A DNA stretch of 64,000 bases from Candidatus Gastranaerophilales bacterium Zag_111 (GCA_001899395.1 MOYD01000024.1:436-64435), one strand, 5' to 3'; positions 27,051 to 35,529 are shown, numbered from the stretch's first letter. Numbers and translations: made by a program. The notes: generated from the sequence alone by a model not told the origin.

Positions 27051-27193
27051 ATATATAAAGGGGAGTGGAACCTAATGTAAAAATTTTTCGCCGTAATAGT
27101 TTTGCTACAGCTCGTTATTGTAGTAGCTGTAGCCTAGTTTTGTAATTGCTGAGTAACGCACTGTAGCGCTGTCAAGGAGTTGGCAGTGGAAAC

Positions 27194-27221
27194 TTGACTT
27201 TAGTAAAAATTATATTATAAT
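27194..27221 (+). promoter_or_regulatory. Promoter cassette
   Basis: TTGACT, 16 nt, TATAAT. Followed by an ORF-less unit homologous to the one after 27023. Confidence 0.65.
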
Positions 27222-27557
27222 ATATAAAGGGGAAAATAAAGCCTAATGTAAAAATTTTCGCCGCAATACTTCTACCACAGCTCCTTGCCGCAATAGCATA
27301 GCCTAATGTTATAACTTTTTAATGAGCTGAGCTGAGTAACGATCTGCAAAACCTGTCAAAAATTTGACAAAACGAAATAATTTTAGTACAAATTAAGAAT
27401 TTTTCGCCGCAATTTAATTCCAAAACGAATATAAAACGAGTAGAAACGATAAGAAAGTTGGAATTTTTTTGAATCCTAATAAAGAATCTGGAAAAATTTT
27501 GCCGTGAGATGTTCAATTTTTTAACTTTTCTTGTCAAATTTTTTCATTTCCTATAAT

Positions 27558-27793
27558 TTCCAGCTCCTTTTGTTAAAATTTTCCAGCTCCTATTACCAGC
27601 TCCAGCTCCAATAGGGCGTACTCTATTTCCAGCTCCTCTTTTTCCTACACTGCACCGCCGCAAAAATTTGACAGATACTTTTCTTGACAACGGGGTATAC
27701 ACTTCCAGCTCTAATAGGGGGTAAGCTCCAGCTCCTGTCAAATTTTTAACCAAACTTTTCCAGCTCCAATAGGGGTCAAACTTTTCCAGCTCC
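27558..27793. repeat. Iteron cluster, TTCCAGCTCC (about 9 copies)
   Basis: TTTCCAGCTCC or CCAGCTCC recurs every 12-75 bp. Confidence 0.85.
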
Positions 27794-27944
27794 TTCCAAT
27801 TGTAAGAGGGGTAGATCAAAAATTTCCCAGTCAAACTTTTACCACACTATCCCACATACTCTATCAAAACTTTCCTGTTCCTTTGCCAATATTTGCTTCG
27901 TCAATCTGTACAAAAACTCAGTTAAATTGTTGACACTATTCTAC

Positions 27945-27973
27945 TTGACAATTCTAAAAATTTATGTTATAAT
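27945..27973 (+). promoter_or_regulatory. Promoter cassette
   Basis: TTGACA, 17 nt, TGTTATAAT. Confidence 0.7.
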
Positions 27974-28008
27974 ATATATAGAGAGGAGGAGATAGAAAGG
28001 AATTCCTA

Positions 28009-28086
28009 ATGACTATGGCGGCGAAGCAATCAAACAATGGAAAGGAGTACTATGTCAAATGTTTGTTCTCTTGCCAGACATTGTAA
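28009..28086 (+). CDS. Hypothetical mini-protein (25 aa, MTMAAKQ...)
   Basis: Short ORF between a promoter and a terminator. Contains a GGCGGCGAAGCAA copy. Confidence 0.25.
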   Translation: MTMAAKQSNNGKEYYVKCLFSCQTL

Positions 28087-28111
28087 ACTGTTCATAAAAA
28101 GTTTACAATTT
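28081..28111 (+). terminator. Hairpin terminator (TTGTAAAC/GTTTACAA stem)
   Basis: TTGTAAAC-12nt-GTTTACAA followed by TTT. Confidence 0.5.
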
Positions 28112-28127
28112 CGAAAAAGAAAAACGC

Positions 28128-28156
28128 TTGACAAAAATAAAAAATTATGTTATAAT
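28128..28156 (+). promoter_or_regulatory. Promoter cassette
   Basis: TTGACA, 17 nt, TGTTATAAT. Confidence 0.7.
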
Positions 28157-28226
28157 ATATATAGAAGATGAGGGGAAGAGCAGTAGCGGATGCCCCAGTA
28201 AAGAACGCTACAGAATGGAGTATATT

Positions 28227-28616
28227 ATGAAAAACTATGATGCATCTGCTACAATGTCCGCAACCAAGAACGCAGTACGTGCAGATATTACCACTGCAAT
28301 GTTAGAATTCTTCCGCTCCTACTATGGTGAGGAGAACGTGTCAATTGTTGGTAATAATGAAATTGCTGTTGCCGCTGGTGAGAAAACTCTCTCAGATGGT
28401 ACTATTGGTGAAATCTGTGCAGTGGTAAAACCTGTAATTAAGGAATACGAATCTCGTACAACTGTAAAGGGTGAAGCTGTAGAACCTTACGAGCGCCTTA
28501 TTGAAGCAGATTCCTACCAAGAAGAGGTAGAGCAAAAGGCGGCAGAAAAGGCAGAAAAAGCTGCCGCAAAAGCAGCAAAGATTGCTAAGGCAAAAGCAGA
28601 CAAAACCAAAGAATAG
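28227..28616 (+). CDS. GEENV-family paralog with an Ala/Lys-rich tail, terminates at TAG
   Basis: YYGEENVSIVGNNEIAV..VKP..EPYERLIEAD..AEKAEKAAAKAAKIAKAKA. Stop is TAG 28614. Read-through would add 9 aa. Confidence 0.65.
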   Translation: MKNYDASATMSATKNAVRADITTAMLEFFRSYYGEENVSIVGNNEIAVAAGEKTLSDGTIGEICAVVKPVIKEYESRTTVKGEAVEPYERLIEADSYQEEVEQKAAEKAEKAAAKAAKIAKAKADKTKE

Positions 28617-28650
28617 AATTGGCAAGAGAGTAATAAATAGGAATAATGTG

Positions 28651-28678
28651 GCAGGGATATTTTCCCTGCTATTTTTTC
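28651..28678 (+). terminator. Rho-independent terminator
   Basis: GCAGGGA-loop-TCCCTGC followed by TATTTTTT. Confidence 0.75.
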
Positions 28679-28827
28679 AATTGCAGCTCCAAAAATTAAC
28701 TTTTTCCTTTGTTATTTCCTTGTAAATTCCCTATTGATTTCATTGAAATCACCTATCGCTAAAATTTTCTACGAATAAACATAAATGTGTCAAATTTTAG
28801 AACGCTCAGAATGCGTTTTTTCTCAGT

Positions 28828-29009
28828 GATTCGTGCCGGACAATGGCAAAGAAAAATTAGGTTTTTTTCTAAGGTAGGATTTGATAGGTGTGTCCTCTAA
28901 AAAATTCCTCCTCCTAAAGGAGATTCGTACCAGCCAGAACCAAGGAAAAATTAGGTTTTTTTACTAAGGTAGAATTTGGAACCAGCTCCCTCTAAAAAAT
29001 TCCACTCCT
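28828..29009. repeat. Two ~94-bp direct repeats
   Basis: GATTCGTRCC..GAAAAATTAGGTTTTTTTNCTAAGGTAGRATTTG..CTCTAAAAAATTCC at 28828 and 28922. Confidence 0.8.
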
Positions 29010-29066
29010 TTGAAAATTTGACAGATAATGGCGCGGCCGCAATTTAGCAGAGATAATGGGAGGAAT

Positions 29067-29196
29067 TTACAGCTCCTAAATGTGGGAGAGACAATAGGAA
29101 GAAAATGGTTTGGTAAAATTTACAGCTCCTAAATGGATGGGATTTCCAGCTCCTATTAATTGGTAAAATTTTCCAGCTCCAGCTCCTTCCAGCTCC
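29067..29196. repeat. Second iteron cluster (TTACAGCTCC / TTCCAGCTCC, about 6 copies)
   Basis: Same core as the 27558 cluster. Confidence 0.8.
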
Positions 29197-29227
29197 TGTA
29201 CAACTGGTAAATTTTACCAGTAGTTGG

Positions 29228-29272
29228 GAGTTAGTTAAGACTAACTAGAGGGAGTTAGTTAAGACTAACTAG
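29228..29272. repeat. Two tandem 24-bp units, each with the inverted repeat GTTAG-N6-CTAAC
   Basis: GAGTTAGTTAAGACTAACTAG occurs twice. Confidence 0.85.
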
Positions 29273-29440
29273 TGCCTAGACTCCGCCGCCCACCCCTCCC
29301 CTGCTGTCTTCGAGATTAATTATATTATACCATAGAGTCAAGCATTTGTCAATAGGCAGATTGCACAAAGATCGCGGCGTGTATTTGTATAGTTTGCACA
29401 AAACCTAGTAAACCTATAGGAATAGTAGGAATTTGGTCCG

Positions 29441-29565
29441 CGAGTTAGTCACCCCTAACTGTACGCCACAGAAGGACAGTTAGTCAATCCTAACTGTACG
29501 TCATTCGTGGACAGTTAGTCTCGTTTAACTGTACGCCGCAGAAGGACAGTTAGTCACCACTAACA
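29441..29565. repeat. 3.5 tandem 35-bp units carrying the AGTTAGTC-N-CTAACT operator-like palindrome
   Basis: CAGTTAGTCANNCCTAACTGTACGCC.CAGAAGGA repeated with a 35-bp period. Confidence 0.85.
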
Positions 29566-29706
29566 CATGAACACTTGAACATATATTCATATGAACAATT
29601 GAACATATGAACAACCATTCAAATGTTAGTTAGTCAATCCTAACTGAAATCCAAAAAATGGGTGACATTTCTGTCACCCGAATTGTTACGATTTTATGAA
29701 TATTTT

Positions 29707-29787
29707 TTAATCTTTAATCTGATAACCCTTTACAAGTCGATTGCCATTTTTTACTTCTGTTTCCGTCAAATTGCCATCTTTTACCAT
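29707..29787 (-). pseudogene. Remnant or mini-ORF matching the C-terminus of the winged-helix paralogs
   Basis: Encodes MVKDGNLTETEVKNGNRLVKGYQIKD (compare ..VEVKNGNRLINGYKIKE). Has its own promoter at 29828 and a GGGTGACA/TGTCACCC terminator. Confidence 0.4.
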
Positions 29788-29827
29788 TGTTTTCAAAATT
29801 GCCGTTTCCCTTTACCTTACATATATT

Positions 29828-29856
29828 ATTATATCAAATTTTTTGGGATTTGTCAA
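29828..29856 (-). promoter_or_regulatory. Promoter cassette (leftward)
   Basis: Reverse complement reads TTGACA, 17 nt, TATAAT. Confidence 0.65.
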
Positions 29857-29896
29857 GTAAACTTTTTATTAACCACCCACCCGCCCTATTCATATT

Positions 29897-30280
29897 TTAT
29901 TCACTTTTTGCTTTGGTAATTTTTGCCGCCTTTGCTCTTGCCTTTGCTTCTTTTTCCGCTTGCTTGCTTGCTTGCTCTTCTGCATAGATATCCGCTTCTG
30001 TCAGTCGTTCAAATGGTTCGTAGATTTTTCCCTTTGGTGTTACTCGTGTATCAAAGTCCTTTGCTACTGGTGCAGATGTAAAGCATACTTCTCCGCTTGT
30101 ACCGTCTGCAAGAGTTCTAAACCCTACACATACCGCAATTTCATTTGATCCCGTGATGCTTACATTTTCCTCCCCGTATTCCATGCAAGCGGCTTTGTAA
30201 AGCAATTCAAAGCCTATTTTTCTAACTTCGTTCTTTACTGCTGTAGCGGTCTTGAGTTCATCAAAATTTCTTGTATTCAT
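29897..30280 (-). CDS. GEENV-family paralog with an Ala/Lys-rich tail
   Basis: About 80% identical to 32383..32766. YGEENVSITGSNEIAV..APVAKDFD..PKGKIYEPFERLTEAD. Confidence 0.7.
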   Translation of the reverse strand: MNTRNFDELKTATAVKNEVRKIGFELLYKAACMEYGEENVSITGSNEIAVCVGFRTLADGTSGEVCFTSAPVAKDFDTRVTPKGKIYEPFERLTEADIYAEEQASKQAEKEAKARAKAAKITKAKSE

Positions 30281-30343
30281 AAATATCTACTTTCTAGGAA
30301 ACTTTTTTAGGGTGTTTCCTGTTTCCCTTTACCTTACTCTATT

Positions 30344-30372
30344 ATTATATCAAATTTTTTGGAGTTTGTCAA
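30344..30372 (-). promoter_or_regulatory. Promoter cassette (leftward)
   Basis: Reverse complement reads TTGACA, 17 nt, TATAAT. Confidence 0.7.
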
Positions 30373-30380
30373 GCTTTCAA

Positions 30381-30421
30381 TTGTAAACTTTTTATTAACC
30401 ACCCGCCCGCCCCGTTTACAA
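30381..30421 (-). terminator. Terminator/insulator-like hairpin with a G-tract loop
   Basis: TTGTAAAC..GTTTACAA stem. On the transcribed strand the loop reads GGGGCGGGCGGGTGG. Lies between a stop codon and the next promoter. Confidence 0.45.
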
Positions 30422-31111
30422 TTATTCTAAACTTTCTTCATACTTTTTTAACATTCTCCATGGTTGTTTTTGGTCAAATCGTGTTTCATTTTTTTTTAAT
30501 GCTTTTAGCAAAATCTGGTATTCTATCATAACATCTGCTAAGCCTGTATGTTCTTCTGTAAAGTCCATGTCACCAAATAGATATTTATATACCGTTTCGG
30601 CGTTTGTCTTGTAGTTTCCTTTTTCTGTAATAAACCCGTTAATTTTACACCATTCTAAATAATTTGGCGTGAGAAGTCTTGCGTATGTGATACCCGTCCA
30701 AATGTCACATATTTGAATTTCTAATTCATCATATAAACCACCTAAAAGCCGTTTCAATGCACTATTATCAAAAACTGCATTGTATGCAAACATTTTTTTG
30801 ACATTGTACCGCTGTAAAGACTTCTTAAAAACACGATAGAAACCATTGATAGTTATTTTCTGGTATTTTTTGCCGTTGTCCATCAAAATTTCTTGTATGT
30901 TCTTTTTTGTCATCATGCAAGCGACTTTCATTTCTGGAATTGCATTTTTTTCTAACACGTCAATCAAGTTTTCAAAAATGCACTCACAAAATGCAATCGA
31001 ACGCTTCTCGTAAATTCTATCGTTTCGATCTGCTACAATATAACCAATGTTATAAGGTCGCTTGTTACTCATTCCCTCAACGTCAAGAATAATAAATTTT
31101 TCTGTAAACAT
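30422..31111 (-). CDS. DEDD-family 3'-5' exonuclease (DnaQ/RNase T-like)
   Basis: ExoI FIILDVEG, ExoII AYNAVFDNSAL, ExoIII EEHTGLADV. Start placed at MFTEKF. Confidence 0.7.
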   Translation of the reverse strand: MFTEKFIILDVEGMSNKRPYNIGYIVADRNDRIYEKRSIAFCECIFENLIDVLEKNAIPEMKVACMMTKKNIQEILMDNGKKYQKITINGFYRVFKKSLQRYNVKKMFAYNAVFDNSALKRLLGGLYDELEIQICDIWTGITYARLLTPNYLEWCKINGFITEKGNYKTNAETVYKYLFGDMDFTEEHTGLADVMIEYQILLKALKKNETRFDQKQPWRMLKKYEESLE

Positions 31112-31209
31112 ATTTTTTCCTTTCTTACAAGCCCGTTTCAATTTCCTATTGTTTCCGCTTGTTTGAACACTCTTTTTTTCGGCGGTGTCTTTGCCCTTAG
31201 TACTCTTTA

Positions 31210-31238
31210 ATTATATCACATTTGATCGCCGTTGTCAA
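31210..31238 (-). promoter_or_regulatory. Promoter cassette (leftward)
   Basis: Reverse complement reads TTGACA, 17 nt, TATAAT. Confidence 0.65.
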
Positions 31239-31314
31239 TACCCTTGAGTATAAAAAGTTTTCAACAATTTAGATTGTTTTTTGTGCAATATGCACAAGTG
31301 GAAATTTTAAGAAT

Positions 31315-31382
31315 GTTTCACGTGAAACACTCATTTCTTGAGTAAATAGCGAGAATTTTTTAAGAAATGTTTCACGTGAAAC
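31315..31382. promoter_or_regulatory. Two copies of the 14-bp perfect palindrome GTTTCACGTGAAAC
   Basis: At 31315-31328 and 31369-31382. A third copy is at 35881-35894. TTGTGCAATATGCACAA palindrome at 31281. Confidence 0.7.
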
Positions 31383-31504
31383 ACTATTGAACAATTGAAC
31401 ATATATTCATATGAACAATTGAACATATGAACAATTGTTCAAGTGTTAGTTTATCCTAACTCCTACTAAACTAGTAGGAATTATAGGAGTTATTCAAGAA
31501 TAAC

Positions 31505-31675
31505 TCCATTTACAATTTATTCACATTTATTCATATTCTATCCATATTTTTATTTTTACAATTTATTCATATTTGTTCATAGTTTATCCATATTTTTGTG
31601 TTCACAATTTATCTACAATTGTTAATACTTTATTCATATTTTTCTATTAACAATTTATTCATAGTTAGTCTAGAC
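31505..31675. repeat. AT-rich tandem repeat (~45-bp unit, about 3.5 copies)
   Basis: ACAATTTATTCAT..TCCATATTTTT units. Confidence 0.7.
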
Positions 31676-31885
31676 TAACTCAACCTTTCACCCCCCCATT
31701 ATATTATACACCATTTAACTGAATTTGTCAATGGTCAAACTATACAAAAATTGGCGGCGAAAGAATAAAATTTTTGTGCAACTTGACGATGTCCGGTCAG
31801 AAGTTAGTCTAGACTAACTCCAAATCAAAAAAGAGTGGTAAAATTTACCACCCTCTTTGTTCATATTTGATTCACATTCAATTCA

Positions 31886-32227
31886 TTATTCTTTAATCTT
31901 GTATCCATTGATCAAACGATTTCCATTCTTTACCTCGACAATTTCAACCCGTCCATTTTTTGCCAACTGTTTCATAATTGCAGTAGTTTTTTGCGGTGTG
32001 ATGTTCTGAGTTTGTCCAATTTGTGAAGCCGTGTAAATGGTGTCTGTTTCCATTTGTTCAATAATTTGTTCACCGATTTTCAAATTTTCCTGTTGTGTCT
32101 TGCTTAACGTTGTACGCCGTTTTTCGTTGCGTTCGTCCAGTTTTTGGATCTGTTGCGATGCATACGCCGTGATTTCCTCGTTGATGTTTGTGTTCACAAT
32201 TACTTCAAAAAATTCACGATTTGTCAT
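31886..32227 (-). CDS. Putative winged-helix DNA-binding protein (paralog of 20667..20996)
   Basis: MTNREFF..EEITAYA..QIQKLDE..EVKNGNRLINGY. Confidence 0.65.
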   Translation of the reverse strand: MTNREFFEVIVNTNINEEITAYASQQIQKLDERNEKRRTTLSKTQQENLKIGEQIIEQMETDTIYTASQIGQTQNITPQKTTAIMKQLAKNGRVEIVEVKNGNRLINGYKIKE

Positions 32228-32291
32228 ATTATACCTACTTTCTAGAAATCGTTTTTAGGGTGATTTCTTATTCCCTTTACCTTACATATTT

Positions 32292-32320
32292 ATTATATCA
32301 TATTCTTTTCTATTTGTCAA
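32292..32320 (-). promoter_or_regulatory. Promoter cassette (leftward)
   Basis: Reverse complement reads TTGACA, 17 nt, TATAAT. Confidence 0.7.
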
Positions 32321-32340
32321 GCCTTTTATCTGATTTTTAT

Positions 32341-32381
32341 TTGTAAACTTTTTATTAACCACCCGCCCGCCCTGTTTACAA
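32341..32381 (-). terminator. Terminator/insulator-like hairpin with a G-tract loop (second copy)
   Basis: Near-identical to 30381..30421. Confidence 0.45.
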
Positions 32382-32382
32382 A

Positions 32383-32766
32383 TTATTCACTTTTTGCCTT
32401 GGCAATTTTTGCTTCTTTTGCTTTTGCTTTTGACTCCTTTTCTGCTTGTTTTGTCGCTTGATCTTCGGCGAAAATGTCTGCTTCGGTCAGTCGTTCAAAT
32501 GGTTCAAAAATTTTGCCTTTTGGTGTTACACGTCTATCAAAATTTTTTGCAACTGGTGCAGATGTAAAGCAAACTTCACCTTCTGTACCGTCTGAAAGTG
32601 TACGATAACCAATGCAAACAGCGACTTCATTAGAACCCGTGATTGAAACGTTTTCTTCGCCGTATTCCATGCAAGCGGCTTTATACAAGAGATTGAAGCC
32701 GATTTTTCTGACTTCGTTTTTTACTGCTGTAGCGGTCTTGAACTCGTCAAAATTTTTCATAGTCAT
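32383..32766 (-). CDS. GEENV-family paralog with an Ala/Lys-rich tail
   Basis: See 29897..30280. Confidence 0.7.
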   Translation of the reverse strand: MTMKNFDEFKTATAVKNEVRKIGFNLLYKAACMEYGEENVSITGSNEVAVCIGYRTLSDGTEGEVCFTSAPVAKNFDRRVTPKGKIFEPFERLTEADIFAEDQATKQAEKESKAKAKEAKIAKAKSE

Positions 32767-32830
32767 AAATACTCACTTTCTGAAAATCGTTTTTAGGGTG
32801 ATTTTCTTGTTCCTTTTACCTTACAATATT

Positions 32831-32859
32831 ATTATATCACATTTCGCCGCCGTTGTCAA
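32831..32859 (-). promoter_or_regulatory. Promoter cassette (leftward)
   Basis: Reverse complement reads TTGACA, 17 nt, TATAAT. Confidence 0.7.
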
Positions 32860-33001
32860 GCGATTTTTTGAAATTCGGCATATTGCACAAAATGTTTGAG
32901 TATGTTGAAAACTTTTGTGCAAGTTGCGCAAGGCGGCCGGACTTATGCAATTTATACAAAAATGAACGCTTAAATTTGAAAATATTTGTATAATTTGACG
33001 A

Positions 33002-33030
33002 TTGACATTCTTCTTCTTTTGTAGTATAAT
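33002..33030 (+). promoter_or_regulatory. Promoter cassette (rightward)
   Basis: TTGACA, 17 nt, TAGTATAAT. Only ~80 nt of ORF-less sequence before the next promoter. Confidence 0.65.
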
Positions 33031-33118
33031 ATATATAGAACGAAACGCAAGAGGAAAGCCAAGAGAACGGCATAAAACAAATTGGAAAGTAGTTCAAAAA
33101 ATGTTTACAAATAAATAC

Positions 33119-33147
33119 TTGACAAATGCTCTTGAATGTGATATAAT
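33119..33147 (+). promoter_or_regulatory. Promoter cassette
   Basis: TTGACA, 17 nt, TGATATAAT. Confidence 0.7.
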
Positions 33148-33197
33148 AAGAGTATAGAAAAGAGAAAGAAACTCTTAAAAACTAGAAAGGCAAAATT

Positions 33198-33506
33198 ATG
33201 AAAAACGTAAATTTGGAAATGGTAGAACTTAATGAAAAAGAACTTGACGCAATGAAGAAAGAACTTTTAACAATTGACGAAACACTTCAAGCAATTCAAG
33301 AACGCTTGACAACATCAGAATATAATGAAAGATGGTTTGAATATGCGGAAAAACTTTCACTTCAAATTATGGAAAAATACGGTGTAAAATATCCCTTGAT
33401 TATGGATGTTTCGGGATATGGTAACTATAATGCAATTGAAATTCTTTTCTTAAATGGTGAAAAAGGTTTTGACGGAATTCAAGTTGATTGCGGCGATATG
33501 GAATAA
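33198..33506 (+). CDS. Hypothetical protein
   Basis: Intact 102-aa ORF after the promoter. Confidence 0.55.
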   Translation: MKNVNLEMVELNEKELDAMKKELLTIDETLQAIQERLTTSEYNERWFEYAEKLSLQIMEKYGVKYPLIMDVSGYGNYNAIEILFLNGEKGFDGIQVDCGDME

Positions 33507-33524
33507 TAGAAAGGACTTGATAAA

Positions 33525-33677
33525 ATGAAAGCAATAAAAAATTTAATTTTTTTGGTTAGTATTTTGTTTATGGTTTGGATCGTTGCAAGTTTTATAAATG
33601 TAAATCTGCATAACCTGACAGATCAAAATTTTGCAACGTGGAATTTGTTCACAATGTTCACAAATTGTTTACAATAA
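33525..33677 (+). CDS. Small membrane protein (50 aa)
   Basis: One TM helix (LIFLVSILFMVWIVASF). Confidence 0.35.
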   Translation: MKAIKNLIFLVSILFMVWIVASFINVNLHNLTDQNFATWNLFTMFTNCLQ

Positions 33678-33693
33678 AAATTTTGGAAAGTAC

Positions 33694-33722
33694 TTGACAA
33701 CTGAAAAGAAATGTGTTATAAT
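33694..33722 (+). promoter_or_regulatory. Promoter cassette
   Basis: TTGACA, 17 nt, TGTTATAAT. Confidence 0.7.
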
Positions 33723-33778
33723 AAATACAGAAATTGAGGAGCGGAAAACCTCACTAAAACCGCAGAAAGGTTTATATT

Positions 33779-33991
33779 ATGACTGTTAGAAATATTTTAA
33801 GTATGTGTAAAAATGATATTGATTATCTCAATGTTACGGTTGTAAATTCTGAAGGCGAAAGAAGTGAAATTATGAGTTTCCCTTTACTTGAATACATCGG
33901 TACAGAATGGGCAAATCGTGAAGTAATTAGTTTTGAAATTAAAACTAATGAAGAATTAGATTTTACAGAAATTTATTTTGAAGTTAGATAA
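33779..33991 (+). CDS. Hypothetical protein
   Basis: Intact 70-aa ORF. Confidence 0.5.
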   Translation: MTVRNILSMCKNDIDYLNVTVVNSEGERSEIMSFPLLEYIGTEWANREVISFEIKTNEELDFTEIYFEVR

Positions 33992-34094
33992 AATATGAAC
34001 GGCTAGTAACTTTGGCAAAAGCTGGAGTGAACGCCTTGTGCATATTGTACAAATTGAGACGCTTAAATTTGAAAATGTTTGTGCAACTTTTATA

Positions 34095-34123
34095 TTGACA
34101 TTTGGTTTCTGTTGTGGTATAAT
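34095..34123 (+). promoter_or_regulatory. Promoter cassette
   Basis: TTGACA, 17 nt, TGGTATAAT. Confidence 0.7.
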
Positions 34124-34171
34124 AATTATAGAAGTTAAGGAAAAAACTTAAAAACCAGAAAGGCAAGTATT

Positions 34172-34387
34172 ATGTTAGTAAAAGAATTGATTAAAAAGCA
34201 GGAAGGCAAGTTTGATAGTTTGGAAATTATTAGACCAAATGGAGACGTCTATTTTACTATGGTGGTACCCTATGAAAGAAGCGATGCTTTTCAAGAGAAT
34301 AAAGACTTGAAAATTTTTAGTTATAGTTTTGTACCATTTGCAAGCGGTAACGGGTACAGATTGAGTATTAAAACAGAAAGAGTATAA
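34172..34387 (+). CDS. Hypothetical protein
   Basis: Intact 71-aa ORF. Confidence 0.5.
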   Translation: MLVKELIKKQEGKFDSLEIIRPNGDVYFTMVVPYERSDAFQENKDLKIFSYSFVPFASGNGYRLSIKTERV

Positions 34388-34856
34388 AACGGGTGCAAGA
34401 GAAATAAAAGTGAATAATAAAAGGGTTAGCGGGTGGGCGAAAATTTGAGAAAAGTTTTTCTGTTGAGACGGGTTCAGAAATTTTTCTAAAAGATTTTATA
34501 TATTACGGGTTTAGAAAAATTTTTGGGCTAAAGTTTTTAGATGTAAATAAATAATAAAATGAGCTAAAGTTTTTAAGAATAAAGCTATATTTCTAGCAAA
34601 GAGGTATCATATTTTCAAAGTGGTTCTTCTGCTTGATGGGGTGATAAAAATTTTTAGCAAAAGTTTTTCTAAAAAGTTAAAGAATAAAAATGAGCAAAAG
34701 TTTTATATAGATAGATATAATACAGTTTAATATATATACATATGTATATTGGAAATATGTCAAGATTTAGTATAGAGCAGGACAGCAGAAATTAACTGAA
34801 ACTTTGTTATAATTAAATAACTTCAATAGAATGAGCTGAAGTTTTAGCTCCAAAAT

Positions 34857-35001
34857 TATAGCTTCAATATAGCTCAAAATTATAGCTTCAATATAGCTCA
34901 AAACTATAGCTCAAAATTATAGCTTCAATATAGCTCAAAACTATAGCTCAAAACTATAGCTCAAAACTATAGCTCAAAACTATAGCTCAAAATTATAGCT
35001 T
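34857..35001. repeat. Tandem 12/13-bp iterons TATAGCTCAAAAY / TATAGCTTCAA (about 12 copies)
   Basis: Head-to-tail units with no spacers, flanked by AT-rich AAAGTTTTT tracts (34440-34720). Confidence 0.9.
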
Positions 35002-35026
35002 TAATTCTGTTGGACAGCGACAACAA

Positions 35027-35060
35027 CAGAAGAGCGATTTCACCTCCTACCGCTCTTCTG
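35027..35060 (-). terminator. Hairpin terminator downstream of the leftward 35229 gene
   Basis: CAGAAGAGCG-14nt-CGCTCTTCTG. Confidence 0.55.
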
Positions 35061-35070
35061 TTCTACTGTC

Positions 35071-35229
35071 TTATTTATTTTCTACCGTGATACCCTCAAT
35101 TTCAAGTGCTGCTTCGTTTGCCTGATCTCTATCGTCCCAAGCACCGTAGAACCAAAGTTCACCTTCAATTTCTCTTGCTACAATGTACTTTCTATTCTTT
35201 GCATATTCTGCCATGTTATTGATTTTCAT
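35071..35229 (-). CDS. Hypothetical small protein (52 aa)
   Basis: RBS AAAGGAAG. MKINNMAEYAKNRKYIVARE... Confidence 0.45.
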   Translation of the reverse strand: MKINNMAEYAKNRKYIVAREIEGELWFYGAWDDRDQANEAALEIEGITVENK

Positions 35230-35313
35230 ATTTCAATCTTCCTTTCATTATTGAAATTGAACCCGAACGGGATTTTTTCATCCCGTCCTTCCTGTTCAAT
35301 TTTCTTGGTGGTT

Positions 35314-35529
35314 TCATTCTGTCACTTCGTAGAATACTGTTGCATTCTCAAACTTAATTTGCCATTCTCTACCGTTTTCGTCCGTCCAATCGCCTGCTTG
35401 TGTATGTGGTACGTTGTCTTTCTGCTCGTATCTTCTGATTAGGCTTTCAAACGCTTCACCCTTGTTACCTCTCATTCGTTCAAGGGTTTCAATTGTACCT
35501 ACCTTTTCGACTCTCGTACAACTGTTCAA
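35314..35529 (-). CDS. Hypothetical protein
   Basis: 71-aa ORF. Start uncertain. Confidence 0.4.
   Translation of the reverse strand: MNSCTRVEKVGTIETLERMRGNKGEAFESLIRRYEQKDNVPHTQAGDWTDENGREWQIKFENATVFYEVTE

Noticed and set aside
27544-27834. Minus-strand ORF of 96 aa
   Set aside because: It is generated by the CCAGCTCC iterons (repeated GAG tripeptides) and has no start context.
29662-29987. Plus-strand ORFs 29662..29919 and 29787..29987
   Set aside because: They run antisense through a leftward promoter, a terminator and a GEENV-family gene, and their translations are hydrophobic and low-complexity.
34857-35001. Possible CRISPR array (regular short repeats)
   Set aside because: The units are only 12-13 bp and directly abut with no spacers, and no cas genes are present. 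This is a tandem iteron array.
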